DNA of 64,000 nucleotides, taken from Macrostomum lignano. Its lineage: Eukaryota. Below, one piece after another: positions 44,623 to 59,014 of the stretch (positions within the stretch are counted from its first letter, which is position 1; every line of letters begins with the position of its first letter). Location of the stretch: contig NIVC01000344.1 of assembly GCA_002269645.1 (NCBI GenBank), positions 1-64,000 of the forward strand, read 5' to 3'. A program made the position numbers and the translations under genes. The notes beneath the pieces are model-generated. The model ran no database searches and was not told the origin of the DNA. It saw nothing but the letters and a program-made list of their open reading frames with translations.

Positions 44623-45239
44623 GTGCGAGCGGCCCGTGTTGTTGAAAATTTCGCCGCAGATGGAGTTAGACACGAGCATACGAGCGTAGGTGCATCAATT
44701 AGTGTGCTCAAGTAAGATCAAGCGTCATCAAATGCAAGACTCAAATAGAGTAGGACTTAACATGCTTGTTTTGTATCTGCCTCTCTGTTCACTAGCTCTT
44801 CACTGTGTTATATCTGCAGAATAGCTGAAAGTAAAGTTTGTACTGAATTACAAACGATTACAATCTAGTTGCTAACGCTATAAACAACAACAACAACAAC
44901 AGAATACGCAGTTAGCGTCACAGGGCGCGCTTTAAGGCCAGGTCGCGAATGAACGCCATGCCGCCGGTCGAATCCGGGGCGCCGGCGTCAGCCAGCCCGC
45001 GGCGACGCCGCAGATCCTCGCGGACGCGCCAGGAACCAGACCGCCGAGGTAGGCGAACCGCCGAGGTAACGCTATAAAACTTAGCGCCATACCGACTGGA
45101 TTGGCCCAAGCTCGTTAAAGGTACATAAAGTGTGGATTTTATGCTTGTAAAAGTTAACTTGCTGATACCTCGTACAATGAAAAATCTTATAGAACCATGA
45201 TATAGGATTTTTTTAATAAAAGTGTTTGGTCTTCTTGTC

Positions 45240-45900
45240 GACTACCAGACGCATCAACTAGTTAATCCACCGCCGACAAGACTGCACACTGCCGGTGACC
45301 GCCGCGGACATCTCGCCGTTTCACTAGCCTATCCAGGCCACTGCAATCCCCGCATCTCCGCATTACATGGCACTTAAGAAGGACGATGGCAAGCCCAACG
45401 GCAAATAGCGACTCTGTGAGGGTTGCCGTGGACTAGATAAGATCACCCAAGTGGATCACTAACCAGTGCCCCACATACGGTGCTTCACGCGGCGCCTCCA
45501 TGAAACCCAGTTCTACTCCAAGCTACGAGCGTAGATCTGGTTCGCGCCTATTGCCAGATTTCAATCGCTGAAGACGACATTCTAAAGACAGCCATTATTA
45601 CGCCGTTTGGACTCCAACGCATAAAACTGCACGATCTGAAAGTCCAGCTAAGCAAGTGCGTTTTCCTGCAGCAGTAAATCACCTTCCTAGGTCATCTAGT
45701 GTCCGCTGATGGCATTCAACCCCTTGACTCTGAGGTAGCAACCATCCCCGAGTGGTCGGTTCAACGAACTTCCAGGCTCTACGCGGATTCCTCGGCACCA
45801 TCGGATTCTATCGCCGCTTCATCCCGCACTTCAGACACACCGTTGCAGGACCTGGTCACCACAATGCTCAAGACTGCTAGTTTGTATCTGTGGATAGCCG
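45240..45900 (+). mobile_element. Degenerate Gypsy reverse-transcriptase fragment
   Basis: DLVRAYCQISIAEDDILKTAIITPFGL and LSKCVFLQQ*ITFLGHLVSADGIQP; the YxDD region is deleted. Confidence 0.8.
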
Positions 45901-46771
45901 AGCATAAATAAGCCTACCTCCGGCTGAAGCTTAAACCGGCCGGGCGAATCCTGCTGCATCACCGCGACCCGCAACGCTCCAAATAATTAGGTTCTTGTAT
46001 AATATGCATTAGCCGCATGTCTTCTCCATCTAAAGACTAATTTGTCACTCGCTTGCATGGGTACTTCAGGCGCGTTGTTTCATCATTGAAAATGCAGACT
46101 TGGTCACTTGGTTACTAAAGCAAACTGTGCAAAACACTTCTGCAGCGAAACACTTATAATAGGGTCTCAGTGTTAAAATTATAACTCTATTCAATAATGG
46201 CCGCTGTGGTTGCGCTTGTTGCATTGTTGCGCAAAAACGGGGTTGGAGGCTCGGTTACTGCTTGGGGCAAAGCATTTTGGCCATATTTGCCTTAAATACC
46301 GTTTGATTTGCGGATATACATTGGGGTAATTCAGACTGTTAAAGTGAATTTCCTTGAACCCAATTAAATTGGGTTTCTCTTGCACTGCAAAAAAGTGCAC
46401 GGCTCCGCATGCCCGTATGGTTGGTGTTTTGCCATAGACAATCGTAGGCCCTCTGACGCTGCTAGAGAGACAGGAATCGCTTTATACAGAACTGTCTGTG
46501 GCTGCAGCTCAGCAGCTAAGAGGCTCGCAAACAAGAATTATGGGCACATTTATTTTTAGTATATAGAAAATTATCAGCCTCAAGCAACCCAGCGGTTCAA
46601 GCTGGTACTTGTCTATAAATGAAACCGAAAAAATAGAGCTTCTGGCTATCGAGTTACGTTTTTCATCCGCAGAGAGAAGACCGACTTTGCAGAAAACTTT
46701 TGTCGTCAGTCGAATTCGACATCTCAAGCTTTCGAGTTCAAAGCGCTTCTGCTGCTTTTTCTGCATTGAAG

Positions 46772-47998
46772 ATGTCTGTCCGATGGCTGCTGCTTCTGAG
46801 CTGTCTTGCTGCAGCACTGCTCTGCAGCGAGGCGTGTTCATCTTCCAAGAAAAGTAAGTCAGGCCGACTGAACTCATATCTGCTGCGTGTCTACTCAACT
46901 CCAGTCATATACCCGTCTTGCACAGAGCCGCTCCAACTCCCCACATCCTACTTTCCGCCTGACCCAGTCCAAATCCCAATGCAATCGTATCCCTTGCTCT
47001 CCATTTATCCGATTTTCTTCCTCCCATCTTCCTGTCACCCCTGTCTCTCCAGGCCCTTATCCAGCCCTCTCCAGCCCTCTCCAGCCCTCTCGAGCCCACT
47101 CCAGCCCTCTCGAGCCCTCTCCAGGCCTCTCGAGCCCTCTCCAGCCCTCTCCAGGCCTCTTGAGCCCTCTCCAGCCCTCTCCAGGCCTCTCGAGCCCTCT
47201 TCAGCCCTCTCCAGCCTTCTTCACCCCTCTCCAGCCCCTCCAGCCAGATTCATATCTCTCTTGCAAGACTCAGCTCGCAACTCAAATTTCAGGCCAACCG
47301 AAACCCACACCTGCTCCGCCGCCTACTGCAGCTCCGGGGTCGAACCCTAGTGAGTGAATGTTTTTTTGTAATTTTTCTAAAGGCCAAAACCGTTTGTCCT
47401 GTAACAGTAGTGTCTTATGGTCGCACAGTCTCACTGTCTCGCTTTAGATAGAATGCCAACAGCAGAAGGAGTGAATTTGACCTAATTTAGGCAAATCAAA
47501 TACTTACTTCGCTGTTGGTCGCAATTCTGCTTATTTATCCTTCGACTGAACGATGCTAATCATTTTCTCGCGATTTCTGTGAAATAGTTTCAAAGCGTTT
47601 GGGTGATCAGATCAATCACCTATTCTGAGTGGGATTTGCTTCTAGTTCCGACAAAAATGTCAAAAGTACAGTTTCTGGCTGAAATGTAGAAGAACGAATA
47701 GAAATGCAACCGACATCGCTTTCTCATTTCTCGGTGGCCTCATGCTACTGCGCTCGGTATTCTCTGCTTGATCGTAAAATTTCACACGATTCGAATACAG
47801 CGCGCCCATTTGAATTTTCCTAATTTCACTCCAGCTGCAAATCTAGCACCGCCACCCAAAAATCCTCCCTGGAGACCCAAAGCCGAGACCAAGCACGCCA
47901 GCACTAGCAGGGTCGCAAACTGGCTGATCGCTGTACTGCCTCTGTTTCTGCTTTTTCAGCTACTGAAGCAGCAGTCAGCTTTGATGTGCCAGATTTAG
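46772..47998 (+). CDS. Mini-gene D: 100-aa paralog (3 exons)
   Basis: Exons 46772-46853, 47293-47349, 47835-47998. ...CSSSKK-SQPKPTPAPPPTAAPGSNP-TANLAPPPKNPPWRPKAETKHASTSRVANWLIAVLPLFLLFQLLKQQSALMCQI*. Confidence 0.75.
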
Positions 47999-48434
47999 AC
48001 AAGGCAAGAGAAACGCAAAGAAGGATAATATTGTCAGAGATTCCCGTCAATAAACAAACTTGATGGATATGCCATATTTGTTTGTAAATTTTTCAATTTT
48101 TAGCTCGTAATTGAGAGTTATTTACCAAAATATTTCTTTGCTTGAGCAGAAAAAAATCAGCAAAAATCATTCCAGCTGTGAAATTTTGAGTTGTCAGACA
48201 TTTATTTCTGGATTATTTTGCGCTGAAATTGGCGCCAATTTAAAATATAAATTCGGCATGCAGCCGATACCGTATATTTCTTGTCCGCCTTACAAAACGA
48301 TGTTTTCCTGTTCAACTTTCTTTCGAAACCATGCTGTACAGAAACTGGGTTTGGCAATTGCTGTTTGCAAAGTGATATTATTGACCAGGCAGGACTATGT
48401 AGCTATGCTATTTAGTCTATTTGTATGCCAAATA

Positions 48435-50442
48435 TGATGGGTTTCGACCTTCCGGCCCCCTTGTGGGGAAGCCTTCGGGCCTCAGGCTCAGAAATTAATC
48501 GCTTAGAGTCCTGACCCCCCACTTCTGTCAGATGGTCAGCCCCATGGTAGCTTTATCGTGTGGCGAGCAGTCTAGGTCCTATAGCTAAGAGAGGGACAGC
48601 GAGAGACAAGCAGGGAGAATTTTGAAGGTAGAAATTAGTTAATCCGCAGATTAGCTAACTCGCTGCCACCAGCCCGTGCGTCCTGGCTCACCACACCGGG
48701 ACTCTCGAAATCAGGCTTCCGACTAGAAGGGGCTTTGCACTTACCTGCCAACTAGTGTATTTTTGCTGTCAATCTCGAAGTCATAGCCGATGATAAGGGA
48801 CACTGCTGGGACTAGATCGCATTGGCCATGCAGGTACAGAGGGGACTTGTGCAGGGGATTCTTGCAGTGGTGAGACTATGGGGTAGCTACATGTACTATT
48901 ACGTTGCTAAATACGAAAGTATGTACTTTTGGCCTTCAACGCGCTAACTAGCCTCTCATAGCGCTGATGATAGACTAACTCGAACATCAGAGACCGTGTG
49001 ATTCATTACCCGAGCCGCTTGGCTAACCTAGAGTGCACAAAGTACATCTCTGGCGCCGATTCAGCACTCCTGGCAGTTTCGCTAACTGATTTGATAGATT
49101 GATCGACTGAGAACTGCCTTGCCATTTGTCCACTGTGACCGGCGCCTACTAGCTTAGCTACTCATCTGAGCCATCGGCGAACAAAGAAATAAAACCGATA
49201 AAAATAACTGTCAGATTTAACCTTCTCCTTAGATCACTTCACACTTCAGATTGTATTGGAGTTTCAGACTACTAACAAAATGTTTAGACTACTAACAGTA
49301 TTATTGAATGTCTTCTGCCTCAGCAACAGCACTACTGAACAAAAAGAGCAAAAGTGTGCGCCTAATCCAGCTATTGAAACAGGGGACAGATAGGAAATCA
49401 CCCAATCAAGCAAGTCTAGGTAGCCTCTCACCCAACCAATCAGAAACTCAACAGCCGGAGACCAGGTAATCCACAGTGACCGAATCGGCTTAGGCCTTCG
49501 CAGCTGTAGGCCCGGGATGATGCTGATGTCACAACCTTCGCAAATAGCTAGCAGGTGATGTTCTTAATCTTGATGTTCGCTGCTGATAACCGAGGGATTC
49601 GTCCTTGATGATGATGGGGGGAAGTCGCAATCCGAGGATCAAGAAACGACGGTCGCGCTCCGGGAACCAGAAGTTGCGTGCTGGGCCCGAGCAAGTTGGA
49701 GTCCGAGCGGGCCAAAAACACCGGTTTAAATAGCCGCCAACTGGACCGCAGTTTGTTATAATGGAACACGTCGATTCTGATTGGCTGAGCCGATTTGTTA
49801 AAATGAGCGCCGAATTTTCTGATTGGCTAAGCTTGTCGCTACCCAGAATCACGTGACCAGGATGTCCTATCAGTTCCCACAGGGTCGTAAAAAGATGACA
49901 GGTGCGGCCATAAATCAATAAAAATCGCAACAAAATGATGTGACTTTTCGCGGAGGATTGACAGAAATTAATGAAAAAATATACATTAGAAAGCTCTTAT
50001 TAAATAAAAAGTGAAGATAATGAAGAGAAATCACTAATCGCTAATCCCCAAGTACTTTTAGGGGTAAAACGCATAGCTGTCAAAGCTGTCACACGCTTGA
50101 GTGAACACGAACAATAGGCTCTGACCTCATAAATATTGATGGCCTGTCAAAATGATGAGAAAAAAGCTACCGCCCGCATCCTCTCAGACCATCTGGCGCC
50201 CGCCTCAACACTGAGTGAGGCGCAGGTGGCTGTCAGACCAGCTTTGAAAGCGATGATTTATGACCCAAAAAGCTGCGCCTATGTTATTATGACTACTAGT
50301 ATGACCAGACATTATATCTAGTATAGATTCTATGACAATCCGCAGAAAGAGGATAAAAATGCTCATTGCCCACTGTTAGTAGGCTGGTAAGTTTAGAGCC
50401 CATGTGCTAGCGCGGGGTTTGGAAAAAAGTGCGTCCTCATCA
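48435..50442. mobile_element. Probable 2.0-kb solo LTR
   Basis: TGATG...CATCA ends and 4-bp TSD AATA. The paralogous site after gene C (43930-43960) is empty. No coding remnant seen. Confidence 0.75.
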
Positions 50443-51108
50443 AATATATCATGGATTTCATTTTGATTTCTGTTAACGGCAAACTTACCCAATTCGCAGC
50501 TTCTTATATACGAGGGGTAGATGTACATTCAGGCTGTTTAAGTGTCATCGAAAGCAAGGCTCAAGTTGAGTAAGACTTAACAAGCTTATTGTACAGTGTA
50601 TTGTGTCTGTCTCTTTCTTCACTAGCTCTTCTATGTGTTATAGCAACAGAATAGCTGAAAGTAAAGCTTCTTCAGCATTGTAAACTATACAATCTAGTTG
50701 CTATCGCTATAAAACTTAGGGCCATACCGACTGGATTGGCCTAAGCTCGTTAAAGGTACAATAAATGTGGGTTTTATGCTTGTAAAAATCCATGGAGGAT
50801 TTCTCTCAATTTCTCTTAGTGTATGGTTTGACATTAGCATAGCAAGGACCACTAGCAGTATCTCAGGGTGTTATACAATCAAGGATAGTGTAACTTTTAG
50901 AGGCCAATTTCCTGTAAAAATACACTGCTGAGATAGGACAAAAATCTGTAGCTATCCTCTTTGTCTATTTGTATTCTCAATTGCCCAATTCGCGGCTTCT
51001 TGTATACGAGGGGTAGATGTCCATTCACCCATTATGTCACTCTTTACTACAAAATCACCGATTGCATTTGAACTGGGGCAGTAAAGATGACCATTCTTTT
51101 AATTGACC

Positions 51109-51790
<682 letters not shown>

Positions 51791-52329
51791 TTATTAAAAA
51801 GGCCACCGATATACTGACAATCTAACGAAGTTAATGGAAGTTTATTCAGGTTTTTATTATTGAAAAACTACTTCGGACATGCTCGGATCCATGTGAGAAT
51901 GTACGAGTACATGGACGAAACTTGAGACAACTTCATTTGCCCATCTTTCTCTTTCTCTTTTTGTAAACTGAAACATTTTATTTGCAATCCTTATTTATTT
52001 TTGCACAGTTTGACAATAAATATAGACGGAGTCTTCTGATACATGGATACACTCGCCGTTCATTTCATGCAGGTGCATTTGACAGACGAGACACTAAGAT
52101 GCATAGTATACGAGATAAGGTGGAACCTCTGGGTGCTACTTATTAGTAGAATATGGATGCATTTAAATTAGATTAAAAATATTAGGGTGCGCTTTTTTAC
52201 GGAGAAAATAACGCTATTTTTCCTACATCTATTACACATTGTTGAACCAATTTTCAAACATGAAATTAAATATTTGACAAAATTCGCAGTCAGTTGAGTT
52301 AAATCGATGCAATCAAAAACAACTCTTGG

Positions 52330-54872
52330 TCAATCCTCATCAGAGTCGTCCGCAGCCGAAGCGGCGGCAAGAGCCGCGGCAGCAAAGCCTCGACCTCCTC
52401 GGCTCAGGCCGATCAGCGGACTCTGCGGACGGCTGCTGGGACACAGGGAGCACTTGGGAAAGTAGGACGTGTCCAGGCCAGCGCCGCCAGCTCCGCCATT
52501 GTCTTCGTCTTCCAACGCCGCAAGTTGCAGTTCAATGTCGACTCCGCCGACACCCCCGGTGACGCAGCTGCCGCTGACGCGCACGCTGTGGCAGTTGTTC
52601 GACTGGCACGAGTCGCTGGCTTTTTGATTCTTCGGCCAGCCGCAGCGACGGCTGCGACCGCGCCTGGCCAGCTGACAAGCCAGGATTCGCCCGAAGGCGC
52701 GCTTGAACTCGCGGTTCCAGCAGGCGTAGATGACCGGGTTGCACAGAGAGTTGCAATAGCCCAGCCAGAAAGCCACCTTGAATAGCAGGTCAGGCATCTG
52801 GCACTGCTGGCACACGATAGTCTCTGCGGGAGACAGAAACATTCATTTTTAGCACAAAAAACTCACAATAAATTAATTACCTCACCTGTACCTTCTGGAC
52901 TACTGAATCGGAAATTAAGCAAGAGCATGTAATGTATTTTGTCTAAGGTGGATCATATAGATCAAGCTAGCAAAGTTTGGGCGCAATTTCAGTTGTTCCT
53001 GCATTCTCTGTAAGGTAATTCAGCTCGAGTCACAACACTATTGTTACTTACTTATAGCATTTTGCGGTCTAGTTTATAGACTGGGGGCTTTTAACTATGA
53101 AAGCGGACACCAATTTTTCTGTCAGGGACAACTTCTATTTTAATGGTGGTAACAAAGATGGAACAATAAACAATAAACATATTGCATAAGTCTCTGCGGA
53201 TCAGAATATAACCTGTTGAAATCATAAGATTTAGTTTAAAGCTATATCCGGCAATGTTTTTCAAAGCCTGACACTGTGCTATGTGCTATGTGCTATGTAG
53301 CGCAACGTGTGCAGATACCACGCGACACAACCGATAGCTCCAACATCACGGCGCTTCTGAAGGTTCACACCATGAGGCGCCAATCGCCAGCTGTCATATC
53401 GGCTGGCACCATTGCAAACTCATTTTGAACTCTGACTGACTCAGCCCCTTTCACCCGGGTTTAGGAGTGGAGAATATGGTGGCATGCCAATGATGGTATG
53501 CCAATTGCGATTCTCGAATTCCTGTGGAATTTGTAATCCGTGGTGAAATCGTGCGCCGTCCAACGATATCACACGCGTGGCCTATTCTACTGGAGCTGAG
53601 CTGCAATATTCTGGCAGACGCCCAGAAAAAGCGCTTGAAGTTGCTCTCAGTTGATATTTCCGATATCCAGGCTGCAGCTCACCAAGCTGAACCAAGGTGA
53701 TGCAGCTAGAATGGTGTTAATAGATTAAAGTCGGAACATCGGAAGGTGATGTTTACTGTTTTGATGTGACAAGATAGACTTTTCTGGGTGTGCAGTGCAC
53801 GTCTCTTCGAACTCGTGTGCCCCTAGCACTTCTTCCATAGCCGCGTCTCATCCAAACTCCATATCCAGATTCTTTGATGTGTACCAACTCGACAGACGGA
53901 GGCAAATCAACCAGCCACGTCGGGAAATCTATAGCCATTGGATTTTGTTTCTTTCCGTTTTTTCGGGATTCGGGGACATCACCCTCTTTCAAAGCATACT
54001 TCAGTGTGAAAAGGTGGCCGTCTAATGCTTTCGAGTTGCTTGAGATTTCAATACTTTTCAGTGCGTCATTGAATTCGGCTAAAAGATCAGTACGAAGCTG
54101 CAGCAATGTGACAAAGGGGTTGTCTTCTATTGCATCCAGAAGAAAATCTTTCATCTGCTGAGTGATTTTGCGTGCCTTGGCTCCCCCTCTGGGCAGAGCG
54201 TAGCGTCCCTCTTCAAAAGTGTGACAAATATGATACACGGTAGCTCAAATGACTCAAAAAATAAGAGGAATCGTGGAGTAAGACTTTCTATTCGTGCTGT
54301 AGTTCTCAAGGCTTGATATGACTAAGTCATAGACCACTGAAGTTTTCTAGCGAAATTAGTGCCCGCTGTCAGAATTGACAGCCTGTGACCACAGAATATA
54401 CACAGAATGCTCAATCACGCATTTTGAGAAAATTTCTTGCACAAGAATTACATTTCACACAAGCTACTCTTGTTGTGAAGAAAAGTTAAGTAGGCTGGAT
54501 GGCAATTTGCCATGTTTGTCCATCCCAGACTGTCCGTCGTGAGAGGCGGTTACCATAGATATATTTCAGCAGATAGGTAGGTTGGGAAGGGTATGAGAAT
54601 GGATGAAGGAATACCTGGATGAAGGTATTCCTTCATCCATGGGTATCATCCAGTTGGCAGTTGATCACCAAAGCTAGCTCCGGTGTGTACATCAAACACT
54701 GTTAATACTGTACCATCCAATACTCATCCAATGAACAAAGTATAACAATTGGTTAATTTCTTACTGAATGGGTAAATAAAGAAGAACGGCAGCCAGCACA
54801 AAATGAAGACGCCGACCACAATGCCCAGAGTTTTAGCCGCCTTCTTTTCACGTTTGAATCTGGCCAGCTTTC
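52330..54872 (-). CDS. Aminergic class-A GPCR, alpha1-adrenergic-like (TM6 exon 54872-54765; TM7/C-tail exon 52823-52330); 5' exons not identified
   Basis: [86 protein letters not shown], with CWxP and NPxxY motifs and a phase-1 splice. By recall it is closest to alpha1-adrenoceptors; OAMB or Dop1R2-type receptors are alternatives. Confidence 0.88.
53753..54238 (-). mobile_element. Degenerate IS630/Tc1-like transposase in the GPCR intron
   Basis: [10 protein letters not shown]...[16 protein letters not shown]...FTLK (HTH region) and [19 protein letters not shown] (first-Asp DESG region mutated). Confidence 0.75.
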
Positions 54873-57800
54873 CTGGAAAATAAATGAGATACATTTTAAT
54901 CATTGATAAAAATACTTGAACATGCTTCGAAGTCAAAAAAAGGTTACGAAATGTCAAAAGAGCCGCTACACGATGTACTTTACTTCCAAGCGTTAGAATA
55001 GTCCTAAGTGAAGTATCTACCTTCGTAACTACCTAAAAAGCACTGCAAGTTTGTTTCTTCAGTTGGGTTTATTAAAGGATCCGGTGAGAGGGTCGAACAA
55101 CTGACGTCAAAGGTCTAAATTAAGCCTATGTTGGGGCCTATAATTTCACTCAAAGACGGTAAGCAGGTATCTGCGCGCCAAGTCACTCATAAGCAGAATG
55201 AATGAATACGCTTTGTAAGAATTTACACTTGTTCAAGCTTGCCAAAGAGTCGCAAAGCGGCAAGCTTGTGGGATTGCCAATTCAAGAAATTTCTGTATAT
55301 ACACGTATGCTTGTAGCTAGCTACAAATTGGTTCAAGCCTCTGACCCTAAACCTCGATCTGCCTAAGGCGAAGGGCACCGCAGGTTGGTGGCAGGAGGCC
55401 GCCTCTTTGATGCAGTGAGCTAATTAAGCATAGGCGAGCCGGCGAACAATTCATTAGACAGCTTTGCAGTTTCCTCTATGTTAATTCAAACTGCCTAACC
55501 AGCGATCGGCTCCCACCCCCCTAGCTGTTCCATCTTTCTTGACTGAATTGCCGGCGCGTGACACGGCGGGCCGCCCAATGCCGACACAGCTAACTGTTTC
55601 ACGCATCGAAGGAATTCCCCCAGGGGGTGGAACAGGATTCTTCAGATTTTCCGGGTCATTTTGCTAGATGCACTCCTATATTGGGTGTTAAACTGGCCAC
55701 CGAATTAGCACCCAGCATTGCGGCGGGGGGTGAATCGCAGAAAAGGGGTAGAAAAACAGGTCCAAATTTGGACTAGCTAATATAAGACTTTTTTGACCCC
55801 GGAAATTTCTGGTTCCCCGACCACTGTCTCGTCTGGCCCTGTTTATCGGCTCACTGAGTGGCACCTGTTAAAATACGGATTGCCACGTGCTAACCGAGAG
55901 CAGCCCTTCTACCTTCCCTTCTACCCTCTTAGGGGAAATGATGATGAAAAAAGCAAGGCTACATTGTGGAAGACTGAAGCTTCAGCTTCCCGTGGGTGCA
56001 TCCAATATTTTTACTGGATTTCTAGAACAATTATCCTCATTTACAATGCTTCACTTACATGCTTCACTTACATGCTTCACTTACAGCTTTTGCTTCGGAA
56101 AAAGAAAGAGATATTCAAATCCCTCAACGGAGACTATACTCGCACTTGAAGTGACTGTGATGCATACATAGAACCATCATCATTTTTCAGCCAAGCTCAT
56201 TGAGAGCAATTGACTGTCTATTATAAAAAAATTACGAAAGGATGACGAGTACCATTCCGCTATGGCAGAAGTGGATTGCCCGTTTTTTATTTCTGTTGCA
56301 CTACTAAGACCCGAGCAGACAATCACAATACTTACTTAACGTCTGACTGATGAAGAACCTCATCCCTCTTCAGTACTTCCGGCTTTCCAACCATCTACCA
56401 GCTTCCTCGATGCCCAACTATCTCTTCCCTCTGTTTACCTGCCTCGCAGCCTAGCCATCATAATTGTAGCCGTCTTGACACTGTAGTCCACTTGCGCCTA
56501 GCGGATGTGGACAAATCTTATACGACATGCGCACTTCGACTGCGGCAGCCTCCATATCGCTAGATCGGGACACTGATTTAGTAGAAAATGAGTAGAAAAC
56601 TAATGCTATACAAGCCCAGGGTTATCTTGGCACTCTATAGCAGCCGCATATACAGTCAAGCTAGATGCTTAATAAAAGTACACGTGCCCTCCCACGTAAT
56701 TAAAAATATTCAATAAAGGTAAGCGGCATTTATAATTTGCAGGGAACTGTGGGCACTGTTGCACACCAAGGCGACAATCGAGCCAAGGATCTAAAACTCA
56801 AAGATCGTGTAATTTTTGAAGGCCATTTTTCATTACATAATCAATGATTGCATTTGATCTGGTGCAGTGAAGATAGCATGCAAGCACAGCATGTTACTTA
56901 TTTATATTTTATATAGCCATGTGTGCTAACTGTGTATTGATACGCAGAAACTAATATGCATTGAAATGGAATTATATCTACAATAATTATTTAAGAGTGA
57001 CCTGCTTGCAACTTTTCTATTACAAATATAATTGATTCCAGATCAGTGGGATTCGTTAGGATTATAACAAAATTATCGGCTCTTTCTTGAAGAGCAGTTT
57101 AGTTGTCTGAAAGATGCAGTATGTGAGGAATTCTTCAATCAATAAGCTATCAGCTTGTTGTTCGGCTCTTTCGGACACTACGATTGGTACTTAAATAACA
57201 GTACAAATATACTCATAGAAACAGCGGTAGCTGTATTGGAAGTATCCTACATCTCCCTGACTAGTACACACTGCACACGGCAAAACGGTGTTACTCTCCA
57301 GTAAAAGGTAAAACTAAACATTGAAATCACCCTAAAGCCATTTGAATTACATAACCCTCAACTCGCAGAAATCCTTTGAGCTCGCTTAAGGCTAGGCTTG
57401 GTAAAAAATAAAGAAATATGTGCTGCAAGCCTTGTCGTAGGATGACAGCTTCATCAAATTTGATAAGGAAGGAAAAGAAGGGCAAGGAACCTCAGAACTT
57501 AAACTCGCCCTGAACTTTTTAATCCAAATCCGCGCTCTCTTTCATCTGCAAGAGGGGATCAGTGATGGCGCAATGGGATTGAGCATGCCACTGCTATCTT
57601 GTCCCGAAGATGGATTCGACATTCGAGAGTTTTATTTGAAAGTGCAACCGCTAAGGAATTTAGGAAGTAGGCTAAGGGAAATGGATTTAGAAAGGATTTT
57701 TCAATCTCCCCGAACCCCCAAGACTTCGTCCAAGGGGCTGGAAACTATATCTGAATAAATAATAAAGCTTGTTTAATTAAGTTCACCTCGGGATTTTGCC

Positions 57801-59014
57801 GACGGCAAAATGCATGGCTTGCTCGTAGTTCTTGCTGCTTTTATGGCTGACAGCGCTAATAAGCCCTGACTCCTATGTCTCCAGAGGATTTCTTTGTCAC
57901 CCCCGCAGTATCAACGTTTCGCAGCCCTGAGCAGCCAACTATAAAACTTATAGGACGAAAAAATAATGATTTAGGGTCGCGGGCGTTGAGGAAATTACTA
58001 TAGGCAAGGTGGGGTTCTACAGAACGGGTCCGAGTGCATTTGCAGACTCAGAACACTATGCAGGTACCCAGCGAAAGTACACATTGAATTTTAGCGGCAC
58101 TTAGAGATCGACAGAACGACACTTACAGCTAAGAACTACTGCTATAATTTACACGTGTAATTTCAGTTGCTAAAGCTTTACATCAGAATATGCGAATAAT
58201 TCGATCATAAGTTGCTAGATTGGGTTCAGGTATAACTTAATGAGAATTATTCAATCAAGGCAGACAGATCTATCCGCGCAGGATATCTCAGCAAAATGGA
58301 GTGCATGACCTATGTTAATCTAATCTAGCAAGTACTCTCGCTTGAGATAGTGCAAGCTACGAAGGAAACTATTTTCAATTTCACAACATTTAAACAACAA
58401 ATTTAGGCATTCAGACGGAATCTGGTGCGATAGGTCTCCCTCAATTTAGGTTGTTTTCTACAACATTAGTACTTGGAAATTTGTCTATTGTTAAAATATC
58501 TACATAAATTCGCTGAGAGAAGTATCAAAACAGTTTAGAGCTGAACTGCAATGTCCTTTGCCGTGGAGTATTGTGAAGAATTGAAAAAACTTAAGCCTGT
58601 ACGAAGCAACCTTCCAAAATTCTCTACGCTTTTCAGCCGCAAAACGAGTTCTCATTTGTAGGAGCTAAATGATTAATATTATACCGCATTGCTTAATTCT
58701 TCCTATCACTCGCCATGGTTGGCAATTCGAAATACGAGTTGGTCTCGGTATAGGTTAGTCAATATGGCTGCAATTTTATAGTATTCACAACAAAAACATA
58801 GCATGCATCAAAAACTTGGACTGCTTGACTTGGAGTAACCACTGACTTAGTGGTGTTGCTTACCTTGTTCGGTCTTGTTTTGCGCTGCTGCAGTGAATTA
58901 GAGTTAGTTATGGTTGCGATTGAATGAGTAAATTTGCAGTTGAAATAAAAACAGTTTGCAGTTGCATGTACAATGGGTTAGTTACTGGTGGAGTGAAGTA
59001 GGAGTAGCATTGTG

